From IMG/VR virus record IMGVR_UViG_3300024270_000002: a stretch of 64,000 bases of DNA; one strand, given 5' to 3'. Numbering within the stretch: the first letter of the stretch is position 1; every line of letters begins with the position of its first letter. The notes below the pieces were generated by a model. The model saw nothing but the letters and a program-made list of their open reading frames with translations, did no database searches and had not been told where the DNA came from. The translations under genes were made by a program, and so were the position numbers. Shown in pieces: positions 1-7,202 of the stretch. Source of the stretch: a virus (taxonomy: Duplodnaviria > Caudoviricetes).

Positions 1-40
1 CATCTCAAAACTTACTGAATCGTCTTCAGAGCTTACTTGT

Positions 41-610
41 TTGCCGCTACGTCAGCACTATCAGTCAGTAACCAGCTATGAAAAATCACCAAATTTTTGT
101 ATTATCTGTAATACAGTTTTGCCCTATGAAAAACGGCATAATAAGACGTGTAGTAAAGCATGTAAAAATAAACTTGCGTCAATAAATGCAGTTAAAAATC
201 AAAATGGCGGTTTAACTTCTGGCGGCGGTCCTAAGAGTACAAAACACGGTAAATATTGTGGTTTTAATTGTGATAGTATTTATGAGTTAGTTTATCTTAT
301 TTATTGTTTAGATCACAATATTAAAATTGAACGTAATAAACAATATTTTACTTATGAATTTGAGGGTAAAATAAGAAAGTATTATCCAGATTTTTATCTT
401 CCAGAAACTGATACATTAATTGAGCTTAAGGGTTATAAAGATTCTAAAGTTGATTTAAAATTACAAGCAGTACTTAACTCAGGAAAAGAAATTAAGATCT
501 TGTATAAACAAGATTTATTGCCTTATTTTGAATATGTAGGAAAAACTTATAACAAAAAATATCATACAGATTATAATAATATTGAAGAGCTTTATGATGA
601 AAGCTGGTAA
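41..610 (+). CDS. PD-(D/E)XK endonuclease with N-terminal Zn-finger (homing-endonuclease-like); frame open to the window edge, so probably 5'-truncated
   Basis: CxxC...CSxxC, then DSxYE...YYPDFYL...IELKGY; frame has no stop from nt 2. Confidence 0.7.
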   Translation: MPLRQHYQSVTSYEKSPNFCIICNTVLPYEKRHNKTCSKACKNKLASINAVKNQNGGLTSGGGPKSTKHGKYCGFNCDSIYELVYLIYCLDHNIKIERNKQYFTYEFEGKIRKYYPDFYLPETDTLIELKGYKDSKVDLKLQAVLNSGKEIKILYKQDLLPYFEYVGKTYNKKYHTDYNNIEELYDESW

Positions 611-623
611 ATATTATTTATGT

Positions 624-703
624 GGGGTTGTAGCGTAATTGGCTAGCGCGCCTGCCTTCCAAGCAGGAGATTTTTGCGAGTTCAAGTCTCGTCAGCCCCT
701 CCA
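624..703 (+). tRNA. tRNA-Gly(TCC)
   Basis: GGGGTTG/CAGCCCC acceptor, CCTGC-CTTCCAA-GCAGG, T-arm, T73-CCA. Confidence 0.9.
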
Positions 704-707
704 TTAT

Positions 708-783
708 GGTAGTATGGCCAAGTTGGTTAAGGCAACGGTCTGCAAAATCGGTATCATTGGTTCGAGTCCAATTACTACCTCCA
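708..783 (+). tRNA. tRNA-Cys(GCA)
   Basis: GGTAGTA/TACTACC, loop CTGCAAA, T73-CCA. Confidence 0.9.
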
Positions 784-789
784 ACATAT

Positions 790-866
790 GGTAGCCGTAG
801 CTCAGTTGGTAGAGCGTCAGATTGTGGCTCTGAATGTCACGTGTTCGATTCACGCCGGTTACCCCA
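790..866 (+). tRNA. tRNA-His(GTG) with genomically encoded G-1
   Basis: G-GTAGCCG/CGGTTAC-C-CCA, TCAGA-TTGTGGC-TCTGA. Confidence 0.9.
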
Positions 867-1012
867 GCATATCTTATTATAGGAAACCATGGGCCTGATA
901 AGAAACTTCGATATATAGAAATAGAATAAGAAGGCTGAGTCCGTCGGTGCAGAGCAATATGAGAGAATGACTAACGGACTACTCTCAAAAAATATTTAGC
1001 ATAAAATAATTT

Positions 1013-1020
1013 GCTAAATT
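1013..1020 (+). promoter_or_regulatory. Putative late-promoter motif GCTAAATT (representative copy)
   Basis: Same motif at 7341, 23048, 27199, 36000, 39144, 43445, 52518, 59737, 62470, mostly just upstream of structural, lysis or endonuclease genes. Confidence 0.55.
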
Positions 1021-1028
1021 ATACAAAC

Positions 1029-1171
1029 GTCCGTAGGCAAGTATTAAAAGCCACTAAGACAATAGGAAGCTTCAACATTGGAACACTCGGAGGGCCAACT
1101 CCACATTTATCCGTTAGTATAAGGTTGTGAAATCCATAGAAGCTGCGTGAGGTTGCAACTACTCACCGGAC
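1029..1171 (+). ncRNA. tRNA-like structured RNA with expanded core
   Basis: GTCCG/CGGAC closing stem, D-like GGC..GCC arm, GTGAG-GTTGCAACTA-CTCAC T-like arm, AGCTTC/GAAGCT stem; directly after the GCTAAATT motif. Confidence 0.35.
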
Positions 1172-1181
1172 AATTTTTAAT

Positions 1182-1260
1182 GGGGGATGGGACTGCTTGG
1201 GGTGGTCGCCAGTTTTGCAAACTGGATTTCAGATGGGTTCGAATCCCATATCCTCCACCA
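1182..1260 (+). tRNA. tRNA-Ala(TGC)
   Basis: GGGGGAT/ATCCTCC with G3:U70, CCAGT-TTTGCAA-ACTGG, A73-CCA; unusual G8. Confidence 0.85.
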
Positions 1261-1329
1261 TACAAACGCTCAGTTCACTTTTGTGAGTCGGTGTACAACG
1301 ATCATCTTCGGAGGCTGAGCTTAAATTAT

Positions 1330-1406
1330 GCAGGCTTAACTCAGTTGGCCAGAGTGCGATCCTTACAAGTTCGAAGTCGGGAGTTCAAGTCTCTCAGCCT
1401 GCACCA
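1330..1406 (+). tRNA. tRNA-Val(TAC)
   Basis: GCAGGCT/AGCCTGC, loop CTTACAA, A73-CCA. Confidence 0.88.
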
Positions 1407-1522
1407 GACGAGTTCGGTTTATACTAGTTTTGTCGAATAACAAAGTCGAGAGACGAAAGGATGTTCCTCGAAGAGGTTGCAAACTCAGAGAGTTAGAAAG
1501 GTATGTAGTCCGCTCGTTGCCA
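1407..1522 (+). ncRNA. CCA-terminated multi-hairpin RNA with a tRNA-type acceptor stem
   Basis: GACGAGT/GCTCGTT-G-CCA; begins immediately after the tRNA-Val CCA. Confidence 0.45.
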
Positions 1523-1529
1523 ATTAAAT

Positions 1530-1602
1530 AGATAGTAAAAGGGACTCATAAGGCTGACGAGAAGTGTAGGCACTGAGGCCGGCTCGACTCCGGCTGCTAT
1601 CT
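1530..1602 (+). ncRNA. Degenerate tRNA-like element (acceptor stem plus T-arm, no CCA)
   Basis: AGATAGTA/TGCTATCT and GCCGG-CTCGACT-CCGGC. Confidence 0.35.
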
Positions 1603-1610
1603 TTATATTT

Positions 1611-1755
1611 CGGGATGTGGCTCAGTTTGGCTAGAGCACGTGATTTGGTCGGAATGATGTTAAGTAGCATACATTATAAATGAAGTGTGGGTTCAAATCC
1701 CATTTTCGGCACCAGGATCACGGGGTCGCAGGTTCGAATCCTGTCATCCCGACCA
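1611..1755 (+). tRNA. tRNA-Pro(TGG), interrupted in the anticodon (exon 1 1611-1647, exon 2 1715-1755)
   Basis: Joined exons give a canonical tRNA-Pro: CGGGATG/CATCCCG, CGTGA-TTTG^GGA-TCACG, A73-CCA. Confidence 0.88.
1648..1714 (+). ncRNA. 67-nt mini-tRNA inserted in the tRNA-Pro anticodon (tRNA-like intron)
   Basis: GTCGGAA/TTTCGGC-A-CCA; D arm ATGT/GCAT; stunted CATT-ATA-AATG arm; T arm GTGGG-TTCAAAT-CCCAT. Confidence 0.85.
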
Positions 1756-1758
1756 TAT

Positions 1759-1834
1759 GGAAAGTTGACGTACACGGTTGGCGTGCTGGACTGAAAATCC
1801 AGAGACTCTGGTTCGACTCCAGAACTTTCCACCA
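1759..1834 (+). tRNA. tRNA-Phe(GAA)
   Basis: GGAAAGT/ACTTTCC, CTGGA-CTGAAAA-TCCAG, CCA. Confidence 0.9.
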
Positions 1835-1867
1835 TTATTTTACTTAAATTTACGGTGAGGTATATTT

Positions 1868-2479
1868 ATGGCAGAGTTTTGTAAAGAGTGCTTTTTAACA
1901 AAGATTGATTCTTCAGTTAATCCTGATAATCTTGTTTTAAGTACAGAAGCAACTCTTTGTGAAGGCTGCGGTGAAAATAAGCCTGTTGTATTAGAAGTAG
2001 ATAATACACCTAAGCTTACTATCGCTGAATGTCAGGTAGAAACTCAGAAGCATATTGAGGCTGTTAGAAAGTATATCAGATTTATGATTGATAAGATTGA
2101 TATGCGCGGCGTAAAGCATGATGCTTCTAAGCTTGAGAGTCCTGAAGTAGAAGTATTTGCAGAGTATACACCAAAATTGAATAATACAACATTCGGTAGT
2201 GAAGAGTACTATCAGAATTTAGATCATATGAAGTCTGCTTTAGATCATCATTATGCATCTAATCGCCACCATCCGGAGCATTTTGTTAATGGAATTAATG
2301 ATATGACATTAATTGATATTTTAGAAATGTTTTGCGACTGGAAGGCAAGCACTCTTAGACATAATGATGGAAATCTGCTGAAGAGCATTGAAACAAATGC
2401 TGAGCGCTTTAACATGGAAGGTCAGCTTAAACAGATTTTAATCAATACTGCTAGAATGATTGACGAACATGAAGATTAA
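1868..2479 (+). CDS. DUF5662-like HD-type protein with N-terminal Zn ribbon
   Basis: HDASK...HHY..NRHHPEH...EMFCDW; paralog at 47169. Confidence 0.7.
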   Translation: MAEFCKECFLTKIDSSVNPDNLVLSTEATLCEGCGENKPVVLEVDNTPKLTIAECQVETQKHIEAVRKYIRFMIDKIDMRGVKHDASKLESPEVEVFAEYTPKLNNTTFGSEEYYQNLDHMKSALDHHYASNRHHPEHFVNGINDMTLIDILEMFCDWKASTLRHNDGNLLKSIETNAERFNMEGQLKQILINTARMIDEHED

Positions 2480-2490
2480 ATAAGCCTATA

Positions 2491-2524
2491 ATATTGCTAG
2501 GTCTTATGGTCTAGCAATATTTTT
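2491..2524 (+). terminator. Rho-independent terminator
   Basis: ATATTGCTAG..CTAGCAATAT hairpin followed by a T run. Confidence 0.6.
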
Positions 2525-2535
2525 ATATTTAAATT

Positions 2536-2612
2536 GGGCGAGTAGTTCAGTTGATTAGAATTTCCGACTGATAATCGGGAGGTCGTAGGTTTGAGCCCTA
2601 CCTCGCCCACCA
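2536..2612 (+). tRNA. tRNA-Ile(GAT)
   Basis: GGGCGAG/CTCGCCC, loop CTGATAA, CCA. Confidence 0.9.
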
Positions 2613-2850
2613 AAGTTTGTGCGTAGCTAATAATAAACGCTCACCGCAAGGGAAGAGGGAAAGCAGCGGTATATAAGTAGCATCACCGAACCTTATATTG
2701 ACTCCCTGTGAGAGCCTTGATTGACGCAGTATAAGTGAGTCCAAAAGCCTTGATAGTAAGACTGGGGTTGAATGCAAGTAGGCATCTTTGGTGCAGTACG
2801 CTAAAAGCTATCTGAAATACCTCTGGCAAATATGTAAATTTTTAAATTTT

Positions 2851-2868
2851 TATTGTATAATATATTAT
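2851..2868 (+). promoter_or_regulatory. Extended -10 promoter TATTGTATAAT (representative copy)
   Basis: TATTGTAT(A/T)AT-type motif recurs before operons, e.g. near 3738, 5569, 6948, 15595, 22316, 26873, 39952, 45308, 48037, 57386, 63890. Confidence 0.65.
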
Positions 2869-2896
2869 AGTGTTTTATAAAAAGGAACTTTAATAT

Positions 2897-3448
2897 ATGT
2901 TACTAAAAAATAATGAGGTAATGGAAAAAATTCTTAAGGAAACTGAAGAAAAAAAGATTCACGTACTGTATTATAAATTAGGAGCAAATATGCAAGCTCT
3001 TAATAAAACGATGATGCAGCTTAGAAGATTGTACGGTGACAGAATTATTGCATTACCTCAGGATATAGCTAAGCTTGAAAATAATGCATTGTCTATTCAA
3101 GATCTTCTTAATATCAGAATGACTATTAATATGCTGATTATGGATAAGCTTAGAGCTGAAAATGATGTACTTCAACCACCAGATATGAGAGTTGGTGCTG
3201 TTATGCCACCTAATGCTGGACGAGTGCCACAGAGTCAAAATGTGATACCTCAGATGACACCAGTTGCAGGCCCTAGTAACATAACAGTACAGCCAGGAAA
3301 CATGCGTCAAGAAGGTGTATATCAGCCACAGAATGGTCCTCAGAGACCTCCGGCTCCGCCTACATCAGGCAGTAACGCAACAAAACCTGCTGCTCGGTGG
3401 TTTAATCAAGGTATTAATTTACCGTTTACAAATGATGAAAGGAATTAA
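2897..3448 (+). CDS. Hypothetical protein with Pro/Gln-rich C-terminus
   Basis: SD AAAGGA plus promoter; N-domain resembles the broken ORF at 26621. Confidence 0.7.
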   Translation: MLLKNNEVMEKILKETEEKKIHVLYYKLGANMQALNKTMMQLRRLYGDRIIALPQDIAKLENNALSIQDLLNIRMTINMLIMDKLRAENDVLQPPDMRVGAVMPPNAGRVPQSQNVIPQMTPVAGPSNITVQPGNMRQEGVYQPQNGPQRPPAPPTSGSNATKPAARWFNQGINLPFTNDERN

Positions 3449-3453
3449 TTAAA

Positions 3454-3585
3454 ATGACGATTGCTGATAATATTAAGGCTATTGATCTTAGAATTGCACT
3501 TCTCAAGTCTCGTGGCGAGACTATGAATATGCGGCTTATTCGTAAGCTTGAGCGGAGAAAGCGCGCTCTGCAGACTCAAGCTTGA
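3454..3585 (+). CDS. Small basic protein (MTIADNIKAIDLRIALLKSRG...)
   Basis: SD AAAGGA, 43 codons, not in the ORF track. Confidence 0.55.
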   Translation: MTIADNIKAIDLRIALLKSRGETMNMRLIRKLERRKRALQTQA

Positions 3586-3759
3586 GTTAATATAAAACAC
3601 CATTATTGCAGTTCAATTCTGCGCTCAGAGGTTCATCCCAGTAGAGTTTATTAGGTTAAAAACTGGGTGGGATATGGTTCGATTCCATTAGGGCATGAGG
3701 TAAATAATGTAAACCTAATTTAAAATTTTAAAAAATATATTGTATAATATATTATGTTT

Positions 3760-3850
3760 GGAGGAGTACTCAAGTTGGTTAAGAGGACGCACTGCTAACG
3801 CGTTAGGCCGGTAACACGGTGCGTGGGTTCGAACCCCACCTCCTCCGCCA
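3760..3850 (+). tRNA. tRNA-Ser(GCT)
   Basis: GGAGGAG/CTCCTCC, loop CTGCTAA, long variable arm, G73-CCA. Confidence 0.92.
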
Positions 3851-3854
3851 ATAT

Positions 3855-3960
3855 GGATAAGTATACAAGCAGACTAAGTAGGGTAACGTAATATCCGTTG
3901 TTTAAGCTAGTGCACTTTGTTTAAACAATATCGTTGGTGCAAATCCAACCTTGTCCACTA
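3855..3960 (+). ncRNA. Pseudo-tRNA (Tyr-like) with an 11-bp variable arm
   Basis: GGATAAG/CTTGTCC, GGGTA-ACGTAA-TATCC, GTTGG-TGCAAAT-CCAAC; ends ACTA. Confidence 0.55.
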
Positions 3961-3970
3961 TTTATTATAT

Positions 3971-4058
3971 GGGTCGGTATGTCTAGTTGGCGATGACACC
4001 TGACTGTAAATCAGGCACACGAGAAACATCGGGGGTTCGACTCCCTCCCGGCCCACCA
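3971..4058 (+). tRNA. tRNA-Tyr(GTA)
   Basis: GGGTCGG/CCGGCCC, CCTGA-CTGTAAA-TCAGG, CCA. Confidence 0.9.
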
Positions 4059-4061
4059 TAT

Positions 4062-4233
4062 GGGTTGATTCGCACGGGGCGAATAAGTACTATAAGGAGC
4101 TATGAGAGTAAAAACTGTGGTGTGGAGATAAGCGCCCACTGCCACCTTGCGTGAGCGTACCGGTTAAGCTCGGATGGGTCTCCTCAGAAAATTATAAGAA
4201 AAAAGAGAGGTTCGAGTCCTCTATAACCCACCA
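4062..4233 (+). ncRNA. tRNA-like RNA with a large internal domain
   Basis: GGGTTG/TAACCC-A-CCA and AGAGG-TTCGAGT-CCTCT enclose about 135 nt of hairpins. Confidence 0.55.
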
Positions 4234-4469
4234 TTTAGGAAATAGCTGATGTGTAAGGCATCTTGTCGGTAAGGAGACAATAAACCCTTTATCAGTGTGC
4301 GGAGCGCGGTACTAAGGGACGCAGCTATAATTCTCCCGGACGCAGAATTATCCCAGGCAATTGTTGCAAGGTAGCGCTCAAGTTGCTGGATCTTATAACC
4401 AGAATCGTAGCGCAACGAAGAGGATGCTGACCGTAAACAACCTCTATAAAAACAACGGTCCATTAATAT

Positions 4470-4552
4470 GCGGGTGTGGTGTAATGGCAGCCACGTATGC
4501 CTTAGGAGCATATGCCTTGTGCGTGTGGGTTCGAATCCCACCACCCGCACCA
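4470..4552 (+). tRNA. tRNA-Leu(TAG)
   Basis: GCGGGTG/CACCCGC, TATGC-CTTAGGA-GCATA, CCA. Confidence 0.9.
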
Positions 4553-4563
4553 ATAACTTTTAT

Positions 4564-4640
4564 GGCGGTGTAGTTCAGCTGGTTAGAACGCGTGCCTGTC
4601 ACGCACGAGGTCCTCGGTTCAAGTCCGTGCATCGTCGCCA
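4564..4640 (+). tRNA. tRNA-Asp(GTC)
   Basis: CGTGC-CTGTCAC-GCACG, G73-CCA. Confidence 0.9.
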
Positions 4641-4967
4641 CTTGTAGAAATGTTAGCAAAATAAGCCACTACAGCAAACCAGAGGCGTGGGTAACCAATC
4701 CCACAGGGCTCGCTATGAGCTCTTGGGCACGGAAGCTGCTGGGTATCAAATCGGCGGATATGCGGTTGGTCGACCTTAAGATCACCATTAATTAAAAATA
4801 TTATTGGTCGCTGTGGTATGAACACAGACGCTGTCGCAGGTCGTAGCGGCGGAGCAAGGACGCGGTGAACAGACGACGTTAGTAACCAGTCTAAATGAGG
4901 TAAGGGCCATAAGCTTGCGTAAAGTGGTGCGTCTTAGCGGACAATTCCACGCCAATAAGTTATATAT

Positions 4968-5154
4968 CGTGAGGATAGACGAAGCATCGAGTCGGGTCTC
5001 TCATCATATGAGGCTGACAACACTAGAAGTAAGTTTGAATGTATCAGCTGTAGACTAAGAAACTGCTTCTTGAAGTGAAAAATAGGTGATGTACTTCGGT
5101 ACCATGTATTTAGTAGCAAGTTATAAGTAGGTTTAAGTCCTACCTTCACAACCA
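4968..5154 (+). ncRNA. Initiator-tRNA-like RNA with a giant variable region
   Basis: C1:A72 mismatch acceptor CGTGAGG/CTTCACA-A-CCA, TCTC-ATCATAT-GAGG arm (CAT), T arm GTAGG-TTTAAGT-CCTAC. Confidence 0.5.
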
Positions 5155-5160
5155 TTATAT

Positions 5161-5237
5161 TGCCGCTTAGCTCAGTCGGTAGTAGCACGTGACTGTTAAT
5201 CACGGTGTCCTGGGTTCGAGCCCCAGAGCGGCAGCCA
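5161..5237 (+). tRNA. tRNA-Asn(GTT)
   Basis: TGCCGCT/AGCGGCA, CGTGA-CTGTTAA-TCACG, G73-CCA. Confidence 0.9.
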
Positions 5238-5412
5238 ATAGAGTAAGAGCTACTCAAAAAGCTATTGCAAAGCTTTATAAAGCTCCATGCGATGCGAAGA
5301 TGCCGCAAGTGTCTCCTGTAATAAGCCACTATGCGAAAAAGCCGTTAATGGGCCTCTGCTAAACGTTAAATACAGAGGAAAAAGACTTGTGATACAGGTA
5401 CAAGTCTATTAT

Positions 5413-5488
5413 GCTCGGTTAGTCAAGTTGGTCAAGACGCGGGCCCTTCAAGCCTGAGGCAGGAGTTCGAACCTCCTACCGAGTACCA
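5413..5488 (+). tRNA. tRNA-Glu(TTC)
   Basis: GCTCGGT/ACCGAGT, CGGGC-CCTTCAA-GCCTG (C33), CCA. Confidence 0.85.
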
Positions 5489-5491
5489 TAT

Positions 5492-5549
5492 AGAGCCAAT
5501 GCTTATTTCTAACGTAAATTTTGGGAATTTAAAAGTAGTAGCTTGGCCA
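5492..5549 (+). ncRNA. Small RNA family, copy 1 (see 7203-7544)
   Basis: GCCAA-T-GCT-TATTTCT...AGC-TTGGC-CA. Confidence 0.55.
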
Positions 5550-5589
5550 AATTAAAAATTTAAAAAATATATTGTATAATATATTATAC

Positions 5590-6471
5590 GGGCCTGACCG
5601 ATAACTTCCCGTAAGGGAATGAAAGAGGTAAACTGACAAGACCTCGCTGTGATGAGCAGTACCTCAGGCAATGTGTGACGGGACCTGTAAGAATTGAAAA
5701 GATTCTTACGAATATGCTAACCCCATGTTCTAACTTATCAATGATGAAATGAAAAGAGTTTAGTTGAGGGTCAACTGACTGAACTATTCTCGCTCTCGCA
5801 AGGAGCTGGCTTCAACGCAAAAGGATTTGATGAGGTAAGGTAAGCTACAGGAAGTAAAATAGTTCGAGTTTAGCAAGCAAGGGCGACTTCCATTTATATC
5901 TGCTACGGTGGGTATAAGAAATATGAGTACAATGCGACGGAAAGTATTGAAGGCGGGTAGCATTCTTGCACTCAAAAGGTGTGAGAACTACGACAATAGT
6001 CTGTCTTCTGTCAATCTCAACTTAGCGTGGGTTGGAATCCCACCCCGGGTGCCAATTTGATTTTAACACCTCGGGATAGTTCGCACCTATCCCTTATATA
6101 CCCGGGTAGCTCAGTGCTAGAGCGGTTGTCATAGGAAAACAATGTCATGAGTAAAAATCTATTGTTAGAAACAGAGAAAAGTGTCTTAAGCCCACAGCTG
6201 GTAAGGCAATGTGGGATATAAGGTGTCACAAGCATCTTGTATTTGATTGAAATGAATCTATAGGGGTGTAGCAACCTCGAACAGCCCGCAAGGTTGATAG
6301 TGGAATGATAATCGAGTAGCTGTTTCTGTAAAGGCGTAAGCAAGCCTGGAGCCCTTGTGCTGGGGTGACGAATTGCAGGCATGAGCGGTACTTCCCAAAA
6401 GGAAGTGGAAAAGTGACTAAAAAATAAGGTCATTAAGTCGTAGCAACTGAAAGATATATTCTCAGTCTTTT
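5590..6471 (+). ncRNA. Large ROOL-like structured RNA containing a permuted tRNA domain (6018-6128)
   Basis: ORF-free unit from promoter to hairpin plus T run; long-range pair CTACGAC(5988)/GTCGTAG(6437); segments CTCAAAAGG, GAAAACAATG, ACTAAAAAATAAGGT recalled as ROOL-like (not verified). Confidence 0.55.
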
Positions 6472-6569
6472 AATTTTCTTACCATCCATTTTTGGATAAA
6501 GTATTATACTAATTGCCAATGAGGCGCTCGAAGACAGCGATATTCAGCCGCTGCCAATTAGTATTTTAT

Positions 6570-6645
6570 GCTCGATTCTTCTAGTTGGTCAGGAAGTAAG
6601 ATTCTCAATCTTAAAACAGGTGTTCAAACCACCTATCGAGTACCA
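6570..6645 (+). tRNA. tRNA-Glu(CTC)
   Basis: GCTCGAT/ATCGAGT, TAAGA-TTCTCAA-TCTTA, CCA. Confidence 0.85.
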
Positions 6646-6759
6646 GGCGCTGATGTGAAGCAAATAGAGGGGCAGCGACTTGGGGCACCCCAGGAGCGGT
6701 GTTACCAAACCCCAATGTGCGGCGAGAGCCTTAGGAGACCTTATTCCTGGCTTTTATAT

Positions 6760-6834
6760 GCGCGGTTAGTTTAATGGATAGAACGTGTGGCTACGGACCA
6801 TGAGATATGGGTTCGATTCCTGTACTGCGCGCCA
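6760..6834 (+). tRNA. tRNA-Arg(ACG)
   Basis: GCGCGGT/ACTGCGC, loop CTACGGA, CCA. Confidence 0.88.
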
Positions 6835-6837
6835 TAA

Positions 6838-6913
6838 GCCTCTGTAGTCTAGTTGGATAAAACAAGGGACTTCTAATCCCTCGTCCTGCGTTCAAGTCGC
6901 AGCGGAGGTGCCA
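6838..6913 (+). tRNA. tRNA-Arg(TCT)
   Basis: AGGGA-CTTCTAA-TCCCT, G73-CCA. Confidence 0.88.
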
Positions 6914-6990
6914 ATTTTACATAAGTTAATTAAAAAAATAAAATAAATATTGTATAATATAATATAAAATTTATTTAGTAGATACTTAAA

Positions 6991-7182
6991 ATGACTCAGT
7001 TTCAATTTGATTTAATTTGTAAGATTATTGAAAACGGAGCACCTGCTCTTGCAAATGAGCTTTGTAATTCGCTTGATGCTTTGGTTAAAGCCTATACTGA
7101 GTGTATGACTGAAAATGAGCAGTTGAAGGCAAAGCTTAATGATAACTCTGAACAGAGTGGCACAGCAGAAACTGTAAAGTAA
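6991..7182 (+). CDS. Hypothetical small coiled-coil protein
   Basis: ORF downstream of an extended -10 promoter. Confidence 0.6.
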   Translation: MTQFQFDLICKIIENGAPALANELCNSLDALVKAYTECMTENEQLKAKLNDNSEQSGTAETVK

Positions 7183-7202
7183 TTAAAGTAATTAAGTAAT
7201 AT

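Noticed and set aside
5590-6471. Two-piece tmRNA or permuted group I/II intron
   Set aside because: No G3:U70 or Ala identity, a full D arm is present, no evident tag frame; no convincing domain V or P7 core (CAATGC-GACGGAAA-GTATTG lacks the AGC triad geometry).
6646-6752. Theta/HDV-like ribozyme after tRNA-Glu(CTC)
   Set aside because: GC-rich and structured, but I could not assign the nested double pseudoknot or the catalytic C.
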